Shown: positions 35,205 to 44,407 of the stretch, in pieces
How the letters are laid out: every line of letters starts with the position of its first letter
How positions within the stretch are numbered: the stretch's first letter is position 1
From: Polyangiaceae bacterium
GTDB lineage: Bacteria; Myxococcota_A; Polyangia; Polyangiales; Polyangiaceae
Direction: 5' to 3'
DNA: 45,501 bases
Assembly (NCBI GenBank): GCA_044222475.1
Contig: JBGANF010000056.1
Location: 1-45,501, forward strand
Translations under genes and position numbers: made by a program
Notes under the pieces: model-generated
Database searches by the model: none
Seen by the model: the letters and a program-made list of their open reading frames with translations, nothing else
What the model was told of the DNA's origin: nothing

Positions 35205-35485
35205 TGCGAATGCTCATCATCGCGGCGGTCGCTGTGCTCGCGGCGTGCCCGCCGCCACCGCCCGAGCCTCCGCCGAGCGACGATCTCATGGTCGACGCGG
35301 ACGCCGCCTGCTCGAACCTCCGACGCCTCGGATGCCCCGAGGGCCACGGCTCCGTCGCGGGCCTCTCGTGTGCGGTGATCGTCGTGCGCGCGTCCGCGCT
35401 TCGCCCGCTGCCGCTCGCGTGTTGGACGAGCGCGCCGACCGTCGCCGACGCGAAGGCCTGCGGCTCGCTGCGTTGCGCGCGATGA
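35204..35485 (+). CDS. Small Cys-rich lipoprotein
   Basis: MRMLIIAAVAVLAAC lipobox, poly-Pro linker, six further Cys. Confidence 0.7.
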   Translation: MRMLIIAAVAVLAACPPPPPEPPPSDDLMVDADAACSNLRRLGCPEGHGSVAGLSCAVIVVRASALRPLPLACWTSAPTVADAKACGSLRCAR

Positions 35486-35706
35486 GGCCGGAGCGGCCTC
35501 CGCCGAGGCGCCACTCGTCGCACGAGCTCCCCACGGTCGTCGTGCCTCGCGAGCGGCTCCCGCCCGTCGCCCTCGCGATCGATCGCGACGCCGAGACGAT
35601 GGTGCCGTGCCCCTGCTGCGGCGGCACCGGGCTGGTCACGTCGGAAGAGCGAGCGCGGCGGACGGACCGCACCGAACAGCGTCGATCCCAAGTGGAGGAG
35701 TCATGA
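35482..35706 (+). CDS. Small protein with CPCCGGTG motif
   Basis: ATGA-coupled at both ends; one DnaJ-type CxxCxGxG half-site. Confidence 0.5.
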   Translation: MRPERPPPRRHSSHELPTVVVPRERLPPVALAIDRDAETMVPCPCCGGTGLVTSEERARRTDRTEQRRSQVEES

Positions 35707-36467
35707 ACTGGAAGCACACGAGCGACATCGCCGATGACTTCTTCCCCGGTCTCGAGTCCGTCGCCGAGGATGTGGGCGCGAAGCCGATCCACCTGCTCTC
35801 GGTGATGATGAGCGAGTCAGGCGTCCGCGCGAACGCCCACAACCCGCACGGCGACGCGTCCGGGCTCATCCAGTTCATGCCGGCAACGCTCGCCGGGCTC
35901 GGCTGGAGGGCGGGTGACGCCGCGTTTCGGAAGCTCAGCGCGACGGAGCAACTGCCGTTCGTGCGAGCTTACTTCCTCCCGCACAAGGGCAAGCTCGTGT
36001 CGGCGGCAGCGTGCTACGTCGCGACGTTCCTTCCGGCACTCCTCCGGCGCGCGCACGACCCGGGCTTCGTGCTGACGGCGAGGAATGGGCCGCTCGGGTG
36101 GGCCTACGCCCCGAACGCGGTCTTCGACCGGAACAAGGACTACGCGATCACCGTCGGCGAGCTCGAGGACGCGATCGCACGCAACTGCCGCGGCCCGCGC
36201 TGGGTGGAGCTGGTCACTAGACTCGCCGGGCGCCCGCTTCTTCCCGAGGCCGACACTGTCCCGCTGGACCTTGGGACGACCATGGGCCTCCAGGCGGCGC
36301 TTACACGCCTGGGGCTCAACCCGGGGCCGATCGACGGAATCCCGGGACCCCTTACCCGATCGGCCCTTCTCGCGTTCCAGCGGACCACACCGTCTCTCTC
36401 CGCGGATGGCATCTATGGGCCGCTCACGCGTGCTGCGATCGCCACTGCACTCAACGCTACCCCGTAG
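35703..36467 (+). CDS. Endolysin: lysozyme/transglycosylase-like domain plus C-terminal peptidoglycan-binding domain
   Basis: 'VMMSESG...ASGLIQFMPAT'; 'LQAALTRLGLNPGPIDGIPGPLTRSALLAFQ...ADGIYGPLT'. Confidence 0.88.
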   Translation: MNWKHTSDIADDFFPGLESVAEDVGAKPIHLLSVMMSESGVRANAHNPHGDASGLIQFMPATLAGLGWRAGDAAFRKLSATEQLPFVRAYFLPHKGKLVSAAACYVATFLPALLRRAHDPGFVLTARNGPLGWAYAPNAVFDRNKDYAITVGELEDAIARNCRGPRWVELVTRLAGRPLLPEADTVPLDLGTTMGLQAALTRLGLNPGPIDGIPGPLTRSALLAFQRTTPSLSADGIYGPLTRAAIATALNATP

Positions 36468-36491
36468 CTGCTCGCTCCCTCCGTCGTTCTT

Positions 36492-36527
36492 GGGCCGCTG
36501 CTCCTTCGGGAGAGGCGGCCCTCTTTT
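36492..36527 (+). terminator. Intrinsic terminator after the endolysin
   Basis: GGGCCGC..CTCC-TTCG-GGAG..GCGGCCC hairpin (cUUCGg loop) followed by TCTTTT. Confidence 0.8.
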
Positions 36528-36605
36528 CCATTTTGGAGAGCGCCTCAGCTCAACGGACGTTTCCCCGAAGGCGGCGGGGCAGAGCCGACGCGGGTCTTCG
36601 GTTGC

Positions 36606-38423
36606 TTACGGGACGGCGGACACATCGTTCAGCGCGAGCGCGGAACGGATGAGACCGAGGTGCGAAAAGGCTTGGGGGAAGTTACCGAGCAGACCCCCGG
36701 AGATCGGATCGATCTCCTCGGCGAGCAAGCCGACATCGTTGGCATACGACACGACGATCTCGAACAGGCGGCGCGCCTCGTCGACGCGGCCTGCGCCGAC
36801 CAGCGCGTCGACCATCCAGAAGCTGCAGATGGCGAACGTGGCCTCGCTACCAGGCAGGCCGTCGTCATTCAAATACCTGTAGACAAGGCCGTGCGAAGTC
36901 AGACGCTCGCGCACCCGCTCGATCGTGGACAGTACGCGCGGGTCATCGGTCGGGAGGAGGCCGGAGCGCGCCACGAGGAGCGCGCTGGCGTCGAGGGCGT
37001 CGTCGTCGAGTGACTGCGTGAACGCGCCGACTTCGGTGTTATAGGCGTGGTCCAGAATGGCGCGCCGGAGCTGCGATCGTGCGAGTCGCCATCGCCCGAT
37101 GTCGCCCGGCAGCCAGCCACGCTTGGCCAGCCGAACGGCGCGATCGAGTGCGATCCAGCACGAGAGCTTCGAGTGCAGAAAGTGCCTGGGCCCGGTGCGC
37201 ACCTCCCACATCCCTTGATCGGGCTCCCTCCAGCAGGCCGCTGCTTCATCGGCGAGGTAACCGAGGAGAGGCGCGAGATCCGGATGCGAGACGCCCATGC
37301 ACTCCATGCACATGTGCGCGGCGTCGATGACATTCCCGTAGACATCGAGCTGGCGCTGCGCAGCCGCGGCGTTGCCGACGCGAACCGGCCGTGAGCCAGC
37401 GTAGCCCGCGAGCTGCTCGAGAGTCTCTTCGGCGGGAGGGACCTCGCCCGTCGCCGTGTACATGATGCGAAGTTCTTGGCAGCAACCGATGCAGAGCGAC
37501 TCCAGGAACCGCCAGAACGCCATCGCCTCCTCGTGGTAGCCGAGCCGCATGAGGGCATCGAGGACGAGCGACGAATCGCGCAGCCATGTGAACCGATAGT
37601 CCCAATTGCGCACGCCGCCGATCTGCTCTGGGAGAGAGGTCGTCGGCGCTGCCACGAGCGCACCTGTTGGCGCATAGATCAGGAGCTTCAAGGTGAGCGC
37701 ACTTCGCAAGACGAGGCTTCGGTGCGGCCCACCATAAGTGCACTTCGCCGCCCACGTTTTCCAGAACGCAATCGTCCGCCGAAGAGCCTCTTCTGGTGCG
37801 TCCGGATCACCGCGGCCTTGGCGGGTTGCGCACGAGAGTACGATCGCGAAGCGATCCGACGCGCGGACGTTCACGACGGTAGAGGCCGTGCCGTCTCCGC
37901 CGACGTGGAGCTCGGCGGGGCATCGAAGCCGCATTGAATAGCCATTCGTGGACGCCTCGAGCCGCCCCCCCGACAAGGTGCAGCGCGGAGGCAACCGCAC
38001 GAAGTCGAAGCTCGGCTTGAGACGGACGTCGACATTGACGCTGCCCGAGAGGCCTTCAACGATGCGGACGATCGTGGACTCGCCTTCGACGCTACCGTCA
38101 CCAATGTCCATGAAGTCGACGACCCGCACGCGTCCGGAGGCAGTCGTGAACGTCGTGGCGAGGACGTTCGTTTCGTCGATGTAGGCGCGCTCCGACGCAG
38201 AGGCGCCGCTTGGACGAACCTCGAAGAAACCCCCGCGTCCGGCGTCGAGCAGACGGCAGAGCGCTGCGGGAGAGTCGAAGCGCGGGAAACACAGCCAGTC
38301 GATCGATCCGCTCTTCGAGACGAGAGCAGCGGTGCGCATGTCCCCAATGACGGCGTAGTCGCCCAGACCGGTGGCCGTACTCTCGGGCACGATGCGGCGG
38401 GTGTCTGGCTCCCTTGGGTTCAT
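36606..38423 (-). CDS. Glycoside hydrolase family 15 (glucoamylase/trehalase-like)
   Basis: 'DYAVIGD..TAALV..GSIDWLCFPRFDSP', 'AAPTTSLPE..GGVRNWDYRFTWLRD', 'GMWEVR', 'LLAEEID...GNFPQAFSH'. Confidence 0.93.
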   Translation of the reverse strand: MNPREPDTRRIVPESTATGLGDYAVIGDMRTAALVSKSGSIDWLCFPRFDSPAALCRLLDAGRGGFFEVRPSGASASERAYIDETNVLATTFTTASGRVRVVDFMDIGDGSVEGESTIVRIVEGLSGSVNVDVRLKPSFDFVRLPPRCTLSGGRLEASTNGYSMRLRCPAELHVGGDGTASTVVNVRASDRFAIVLSCATRQGRGDPDAPEEALRRTIAFWKTWAAKCTYGGPHRSLVLRSALTLKLLIYAPTGALVAAPTTSLPEQIGGVRNWDYRFTWLRDSSLVLDALMRLGYHEEAMAFWRFLESLCIGCCQELRIMYTATGEVPPAEETLEQLAGYAGSRPVRVGNAAAAQRQLDVYGNVIDAAHMCMECMGVSHPDLAPLLGYLADEAAACWREPDQGMWEVRTGPRHFLHSKLSCWIALDRAVRLAKRGWLPGDIGRWRLARSQLRRAILDHAYNTEVGAFTQSLDDDALDASALLVARSGLLPTDDPRVLSTIERVRERLTSHGLVYRYLNDDGLPGSEATFAICSFWMVDALVGAGRVDEARRLFEIVVSYANDVGLLAEEIDPISGGLLGNFPQAFSHLGLIRSALALNDVSAVP

Positions 38424-38430
38424 GCCGCCT

Positions 38431-41400
38431 TCATCCGTGGGGGCGCGCATGCCGCCGCTCTCGCCAGAGGTAGAAGCTGCGCCAGACGACGTAGACAGCA
38501 GGGATGACGAGCAGAGTGAGCAGCGTGAGCGACACGAGCCCGCCCCACATCGGCGCGGCGATGCGCTTGGCGACGTCGGCGCCCACGCCGGTGTCGAACA
38601 TGATGGGTAGGAGTCCGAACACGTTCGACAGAACGGTCATGAGCAGCGGCCGCACGCGCATGCTGCCGGCCTCGACGGAGTCCGCGATGAGGTCATCGAC
38701 GCTCTTGATGCGTCCGGAAGCGCGCCCCTCGTTCCAGGCATCCTCCAGGTACACGACCATCACGCTCGCCGTCTCTGCGGCGACGCCGAGGAGCGCGATC
38801 ATCCCGACCCAAACCGCGATGGACGTGTTGAACTTCGCGATCCAGAGCGTCCAGACGGCGCCGACGGCGGCGAACGGAACGCTCGTCATGACGATAAGGG
38901 CCGGCGCCGCTCCCTTGAAGTTCATGTAGAGGATGCCGAATACGATCGCGATCGTCAGCGGCAGGATGAACGCGAGACGTTCACGGACGCGCTCGAGGAG
39001 CTCGTACTGCCCCGTCCATTTGAGGAAGTAGCCGGGCGGCATCTTCACTTCACGTGCCACCTTCGCCTTCGCCTTATCGACCCACCCTCCGATGTCGCTG
39101 GTGTCGACGTCGACGTACACCCAGCCGGTAAGCTGCCCCATTTCGCTCTTGATCATCGGCGGCCCCATCACCGTCTCGATCCGCGCGAGCTGGCCGAGGG
39201 TCACGAAGGTCCCCGAGGTACGGTCGGGGACGGGCATGCTCGCTCCGCCGCCCGCAGCGCCCGGGCTGCTCATGCCGCCGCCGAACGGCCCGGCCATCCC
39301 GCCTCCTCCGCCCATTCCTCCTCCTCCTCCGCCGGCGAGGCTCGCGATGGCGGTTGGCGAGAGGGTCTGCGTGGCCATCCCGCCCGCACCCATCGCGCCG
39401 GACGATACTCCGCCGCCGCCGGCGCTCGACGGCGCGCCCATGCCGCTGCCTCCCGCGGGTCCGGCGCCGGGGAGCGCGCCTGGACGCATCCGTGGAATCG
39501 GCACGAGCACGTTGCGGAGCTTCACCGGATCGTCGCGGAGCTCTCGGGGATAGCGCACGTTGACTCGATAGCGCTCGCGTCCCTCGATCGTCGTGTCGAC
39601 GTCCATGCCGCCGATCGTGCTTTCGACGACCTCGAGGACCTCGCGCACGGTCAGGCCATAGCGAGCGATCTCGGCACGATCGGGAATCACGTCGAGGAAG
39701 AACCCTCCGAGCTCTCGTTCAGCATAGATGCTGCGCGTGCCCGGGACATCGCGGAGCGATCGCTCGAGTTGGTCGTTGACGGCGACGATCTGCTCGAGGT
39801 TCGCCCCGAACACCTTGATTCCGATCGGAGTGCGGATCCCCGTGGCCAGCATGTCGATGCGCGCCTTGATCGGCATGGTCCAAGCGCTCTGAATCCCTGG
39901 GACGCGCGTCTTCTCCTCGAGCTCGGCGATGACCTTCTCGATCGTCATGCCAGGCCGCCAGGTCTCGCGCGGCCTGAGGCGCACGACGGTCTCAATCATC
40001 GAGAGCGGCGCCGGATCGAGCGCCGTCTCCGCGCGCCCCGCCTTTCCGAAGACGCCCTCCACCTCCGGCACCTCGCGGATGCGCGCATCCTGCCAGGTCA
40101 AGAGACGCCGCGCCTCGTCGATAGAGATGCCAGGGACGGTGATCGGCATGTAGAGCAGGTCGCCTTCGTAGAGCGGCGGCATGAACTCGGAGCCGAGGCG
40201 CGAGAACGGGACGACGGTTGCTCCCATCACGACAAGGGCTGCGGCGATCACGAGCCAGCGGAATCGAAGCACGACGCGAAGCATCGGCTTGTATGCGGCG
40301 ACCGCGAGTCGATTCAGGGGGTTGCTCGCTTCCGGGCGGATACGGCCGCGCAACAGCGTGACCATGAGCGCCGGAACGAGCGTCACCGCGAAGATCGAGG
40401 CGAACGCCATCGAGAACGTCTTCGCGAGCGCGAGTGGCCGGAATAGCCGACCCTCCTCGCCTTGCAGGGTAAAAACAGGCAAGAACGCGATCGTGAGCAC
40501 GAGGAGCGCCCCGAACATCGAAGGGCCGAGGCCGCGCGCCGACGAGATGACGATCTCGATTCGCGAGCGCTTGGATCCTTCTCGCTCGGCAGCCTCGATC
40601 TCCTTGTGGGCGTTCTCGACGAGTACGCACGCCGAGTCGACCATGTCGCCGAGCGCGAGGATGACGCCCGCGAGGGACATGATGTTGATGGTCAGGTCGA
40701 GATAATAGAACGTGATGAAGGTCGCCGCCGTCGCGATCGGTAGCGTGATCGCGGCGACGAGCGCGGATCGTACGTGGAAGAGGAAGACGGCGATCACGAG
40801 CACGACGATGGCGAGGATCGTGATGACGTTCTCGACCAGCGTCCGCACGGACGCCTTGATCAGCTGGCTCCGGTCGTAGACCGGCACGACCTTCACGCCT
40901 GCCGGCATCGCCGGCGATACCTCTGCGAGCTTGTCCTTCACGCGGCCGATGACGTCGAGGGCGTTCTCGCCGTATCGCATCACGACGATGCCGCCGACCA
41001 CCTCGCCTCGGCCGTCCAGCTCGACGACGCCTCGCCGGATGTTTCCTCCGACGGTGACGTCGGCGACGTCGCGGATGCGGATCGGCGTGCCAGCGGCGTC
41101 CGTAGTGACGACGGCGAGCTCGAGATCCTCCTTGTTCGTGACGTATCCGCGACCTCGGAGGGCATACTCGTGCTGCGCCATCTCGAGGACGCGGCCGCCG
41201 ACCTCCGTGTTGCTACCGCGGACGGCGGCGCCGATCTGGCCGACGGTAACGCCGCGCGCCTTCATGCGCACTGGGTCGACCTGGATCTGGTATTCCTTCT
41301 CGAACCCGCCGACGCTCGCGACCTCCGCGACCCCGGGCACCGCCTGGAGCCAGTAGCGAAGCTGCCAGTCCTGAAAGCTCCGGAGCTCCTGCAGGTTGTG

Positions 41401-41886
41401 CTTTCCGGTCTCGTCCACGAGCGCGTACTGAAACACCCAGCCCACGCTCGTCGCGTCGGGCCCGATCTGCGGCGTCACGCCCGGGGGCAGCTTGTTCTGA
41501 ATCTTCGCGAGGTACTCGATGACACGCGAGCGTGCCCAGTAGATGTCCGTGCCGTCCTCGAAGATCACGTACACGAACGACATCCCGAACATCGTGAAGC
41601 CGCGCACGGTCTTGACGTGCGGCGCGCCGAGGAATGTCGTCGTGATCGGATACGTCACCTGATCTTCGATGAGGGTCGGGCTCCTGCCCATCCACTCAGT
41701 CGCGACGATCACCTGTGTGTCCGAGAGATCCGGCAACGCGTCGAGCTGCGAGCGCTTCGCGCTCCAGAGCCCCCAGAGCGTCAATGCGGCCGCGGCGAGG
41801 AAGACGAAGAACCGCTTCCGCCCCGAGAAGTCGATGACACGCCCGAGGAAACCGCCGGTGTCGGGCCTCTCTTCAGTGGCCGCCAT
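38431..41886 (-). CDS. cusA: CusA/SilA-type heavy-metal RND efflux transporter
   Basis: 'LDALPDLSDTQVIV', 'YWARSRVIEYL', 'GPDAT'; Met triad equivalents LLYMP, PLSMIET and RIDMLAT; ATG at 41886. Confidence 0.93.
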   Translation of the reverse strand: MAATEERPDTGGFLGRVIDFSGRKRFFVFLAAAALTLWGLWSAKRSQLDALPDLSDTQVIVATEWMGRSPTLIEDQVTYPITTTFLGAPHVKTVRGFTMFGMSFVYVIFEDGTDIYWARSRVIEYLAKIQNKLPPGVTPQIGPDATSVGWVFQYALVDETGKHNLQELRSFQDWQLRYWLQAVPGVAEVASVGGFEKEYQIQVDPVRMKARGVTVGQIGAAVRGSNTEVGGRVLEMAQHEYALRGRGYVTNKEDLELAVVTTDAAGTPIRIRDVADVTVGGNIRRGVVELDGRGEVVGGIVVMRYGENALDVIGRVKDKLAEVSPAMPAGVKVVPVYDRSQLIKASVRTLVENVITILAIVVLVIAVFLFHVRSALVAAITLPIATAATFITFYYLDLTINIMSLAGVILALGDMVDSACVLVENAHKEIEAAEREGSKRSRIEIVISSARGLGPSMFGALLVLTIAFLPVFTLQGEEGRLFRPLALAKTFSMAFASIFAVTLVPALMVTLLRGRIRPEASNPLNRLAVAAYKPMLRVVLRFRWLVIAAALVVMGATVVPFSRLGSEFMPPLYEGDLLYMPITVPGISIDEARRLLTWQDARIREVPEVEGVFGKAGRAETALDPAPLSMIETVVRLRPRETWRPGMTIEKVIAELEEKTRVPGIQSAWTMPIKARIDMLATGIRTPIGIKVFGANLEQIVAVNDQLERSLRDVPGTRSIYAERELGGFFLDVIPDRAEIARYGLTVREVLEVVESTIGGMDVDTTIEGRERYRVNVRYPRELRDDPVKLRNVLVPIPRMRPGALPGAGPAGGSGMGAPSSAGGGGVSSGAMGAGGMATQTLSPTAIASLAGGGGGGMGGGGGMAGPFGGGMSSPGAAGGGASMPVPDRTSGTFVTLGQLARIETVMGPPMIKSEMGQLTGWVYVDVDTSDIGGWVDKAKAKVAREVKMPPGYFLKWTGQYELLERVRERLAFILPLTIAIVFGILYMNFKGAAPALIVMTSVPFAAVGAVWTLWIAKFNTSIAVWVGMIALLGVAAETASVMVVYLEDAWNEGRASGRIKSVDDLIADSVEAGSMRVRPLLMTVLSNVFGLLPIMFDTGVGADVAKRIAAPMWGGLVSLTLLTLLVIPAVYVVWRSFYLWRERRHARPHG

Positions 41887-43093
41887 GCCCCGCCCCTGCT
41901 CCGCTGCTCGCGCGCAGCCTCGTCTCGGAGTCGAGAAGGAACTGCGCGCCGGTCGCGACGACGTCACCTGCTGAGAGGCCCGCATCGACGCGATAGAGGT
42001 TCTCGACGCGTGGACCGAGCGTGATCTCGCGCGGCATGACGTGCGTGCCGTCATGGAGAATGAAGACGATCGCGCGGCTACCCGTCCGGATGACGGCGCT
42101 CTCCGGCACGGCGAGGCCGCGCCCGAGCGCGAAGTCCATGCTCACGTTCGCGAAGGCGCCGGGGCGCAGCTCCCGGCGCTCGTTCGCGAGCTCGAACCGG
42201 ACCTTCAACGTCCTCGTCGTCTCGTCGATCGTCGGCGGGACGAATGCGACCTTCGCTTCGAGCGGAGTGCTGATGCCCTCGACTTCGAGACGTGCGCGCT
42301 GGCCCGCGTGGATGCCTGCCACGTCACTTTCGTAGACGTCCGCGAGCAGCCACACCCGCGAGAGGTCCGAGACGGTGTAGAGCTCGGTCGACGGGTCGAC
42401 GAACGTCCCGTCGAGCACTTGCTTGTTCACGACCGTACCTCCGCGCGGGGCGACGAGCGGAAAGGTGCGCCGGGCCTCGCGGGTCGTCTCGAGCCTGTCG
42501 ATCTCTGCCTTCGGCACGTCCCAGAGCGCGAGCCGACGACGGGCCGCGGCAATCAGCTCGTCTCGCGCCCGGCGTTCCTGCTCGGCGAATTCGCCGCGCG
42601 GCAGGTCGACACGCGTCCGGCCGAGCAGCGAGAGATACTCGATCTCCGCCGCATAGACGTCCTGACTGTAGATCCCACACAGTACCTGCCCGGGCGTGAC
42701 GCGCTGCCCAACGAAGTTGACCGTGATGCCGTCGACCCAGCCACGCACCTTCGAATGGACGTGGGCCGTTCGGGTCTCGTCGACGACGATGACGCCGGTG
42801 GTCCGGAGTTGCCGGAGGAAGTCGCGCTCGGCGACGCGCGTCGTCACGAGCCCGATGGCGGCCGCGCGCGCCGGATCGATGGTGACCGATGCGTAGCCTG
42901 CTGGCGTTTCGGGCATCTCCGACGCGGCGGGCCCCGGGACGGCCCCGTGCCCCTCGTGTGCGGGACCCGGCACCGCCGATGCGCTCGTCGTCGTGGTGTG
43001 CCCTTCGTGCGTCTGCGCGCGCGAGCCGTTGCACGCCGCGGCGCCGGCCAAGAGGACGAGCGCGACGCGCGAGATGTTCGAGCGCGAGCTCAT
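41873..43093 (-). CDS. cusB: CusB-like RND periplasmic adaptor (membrane fusion protein)
   Basis: Lipobox, His-rich N-terminus (HEGH twice), 'GWVD', 'DLSRVWL.ADVYE', 'TRTLKVR', 'LRPG', 'AQFLLDSE'. Confidence 0.88.
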   Translation of the reverse strand: MSSRSNISRVALVLLAGAAACNGSRAQTHEGHTTTTSASAVPGPAHEGHGAVPGPAASEMPETPAGYASVTIDPARAAAIGLVTTRVAERDFLRQLRTTGVIVVDETRTAHVHSKVRGWVDGITVNFVGQRVTPGQVLCGIYSQDVYAAEIEYLSLLGRTRVDLPRGEFAEQERRARDELIAAARRRLALWDVPKAEIDRLETTREARRTFPLVAPRGGTVVNKQVLDGTFVDPSTELYTVSDLSRVWLLADVYESDVAGIHAGQRARLEVEGISTPLEAKVAFVPPTIDETTRTLKVRFELANERRELRPGAFANVSMDFALGRGLAVPESAVIRTGSRAIVFILHDGTHVMPREITLGPRVENLYRVDAGLSAGDVVATGAQFLLDSETRLRASSGAGAGHGGH

Positions 43094-44355
43094 GGCGCAC
43101 CTCCGATCGGGGCACCGATCGCGCGCTCGAGCTGCGCGATCGCGACCTCGCGACGAATCTCCGCCTCGGCAAGGGCGAGCTCTGCCTGCTGCAGGCTCCT
43201 TCGAGCGTCGAGCACGCCGACGATGTCCGTCGCGCCCGAGCCGAATCCGGCGAGTGACGCCTGGAAGCTCTCGCGAGCTCGCGGAAGAGCGACCCCGGAG
43301 ACGAGCTCGACCTGGCGAGTCGCTGTCTCGACGGCGACGATCGCGTCCGCCACCTCGAAGCGGATCATCGCGCGCATCGCGTTCTGCTCCTCGGCGGCGG
43401 AGTCCGCGCGGGCGTCGAACGCGGCCGCGCGATGGGTCTGGCGCGTGTAACCGAAGACCGGCAGCGTAGCGCCGATCATCGCGCCCCCGCTGTCCGGCAT
43501 TCCGATCATCTGGTTGTACCAGACGCCTCCCATCACGTCGGGGTAGCGCTCCCTTCTTTCGAGCGAGGCCATCGCGACCGCCTCGCTCTGCATCGCTCGT
43601 ACCCCGCGGAGCTCCGGGCGGCTCGCTTGCGCACGTTCGGCCAGGTGCGAGCGATCGAGGCGCATCGGCGGCGAGAGCGAGGGCGCCGGATCCGGAAACG
43701 GCATCTCCGTCGGCTCGTTCCGCAGCGCATTGATCATCGCCAAGGTCGACGCCCGCTCGCCCTCGAGATCGACGTGCTGGACGTCAAGCGCCGTCACCTC
43801 GACCTGCGCGCGAGCGACGTCGTGGTGACCGCCGATGCCCGTCGAGTACCGCCCGAGCGTTGCGTCGGCGAGGGTCGCGGCGAGGTTTCGATTGGCCCGG
43901 TTGACCGCGCGCCTGCGCGCGTTGAGGACGAGCATCCAGTACGCGCGCTTCGCCTCGAGAGCGAGTTCGAGCTTCCGCGTCTCGATGTCGCTCGCGGCCT
44001 GGGCGCTCTGCGACTCGGCGGCCTCGCGCGCAAAGCTGAGCTTGCCTGGCCACGGGACCATTTGCTGGACGCCGTACTGCACCATGGGTGGCATGGTCGC
44101 CGCGGTCATCGCATTCGAAGGGACGCGATCGACCATCACCGTAACCCGCGGATCGGGCCATCGCCCCGTCGCCTCCACGTTCTCGCGCGCCGCTTCTCGC
44201 CGCTGCAGGCGTGCGCGGATCGACGGATTTTTGCCGAGGACCTCCGCGACGTAGGTTCGGAGCGTCGGGTCGTCGGCGGCGGCTGGCCTCGTCGTGAGAA
44301 GCGCCGTGCCGACGAGGAGGAGAGAGAGTGCACTTCGGGTGAGCATCTTCGACAC
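43090..44355 (-). CDS. TolC/CusC-family outer membrane factor
   Basis: Signal peptide, 'NPSI', 'WPDP', 'QMVPWPGK', 'RPEL', 'RYPD'; first gene of the CBA operon. Confidence 0.85.
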   Translation of the reverse strand: MSKMLTRSALSLLLVGTALLTTRPAAADDPTLRTYVAEVLGKNPSIRARLQRREAARENVEATGRWPDPRVTVMVDRVPSNAMTAATMPPMVQYGVQQMVPWPGKLSFAREAAESQSAQAASDIETRKLELALEAKRAYWMLVLNARRRAVNRANRNLAATLADATLGRYSTGIGGHHDVARAQVEVTALDVQHVDLEGERASTLAMINALRNEPTEMPFPDPAPSLSPPMRLDRSHLAERAQASRPELRGVRAMQSEAVAMASLERRERYPDVMGGVWYNQMIGMPDSGGAMIGATLPVFGYTRQTHRAAAFDARADSAAEEQNAMRAMIRFEVADAIVAVETATRQVELVSGVALPRARESFQASLAGFGSGATDIVGVLDARRSLQQAELALAEAEIRREVAIAQLERAIGAPIGGAP

Positions 44356-44391
44356 GTCCGTGTTTACCAGATGAGCTGACGTTCACCTTCG

Positions 44392-44407
44392 AGCACCGCG
44401 CGTGCCA
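44392..44407 (-). promoter_or_regulatory. Sigma54-type -24/-12 promoter for the cusCBA operon
   Basis: Minus strand TGGCAC-GCGCG-GTGCT (GG-N10-GC), ~40 nt upstream of the start codon. Upstream inverted repeats: GTTGCG-N4-CGCAAC (44479-44494) and GTAAC-N7-GTTAC (44517-44533). Confidence 0.55.

Larger units (their letters stand above)
1..36530 (+). mobile_element. Prophage-like element, apparently defective and headless, with Mu-like contractile-tail baseplate, replication and lysis modules; left boundary outside the window
   Basis: Co-oriented run of helicase, VRR-NUC, primase-helicase, RecB-type nuclease, ParB-methylase, tape measure, baseplate hub/spike/J, fibres and endolysin, ending at an intrinsic terminator at ~36492-36527. 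No att site identified. Confidence 0.85.
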
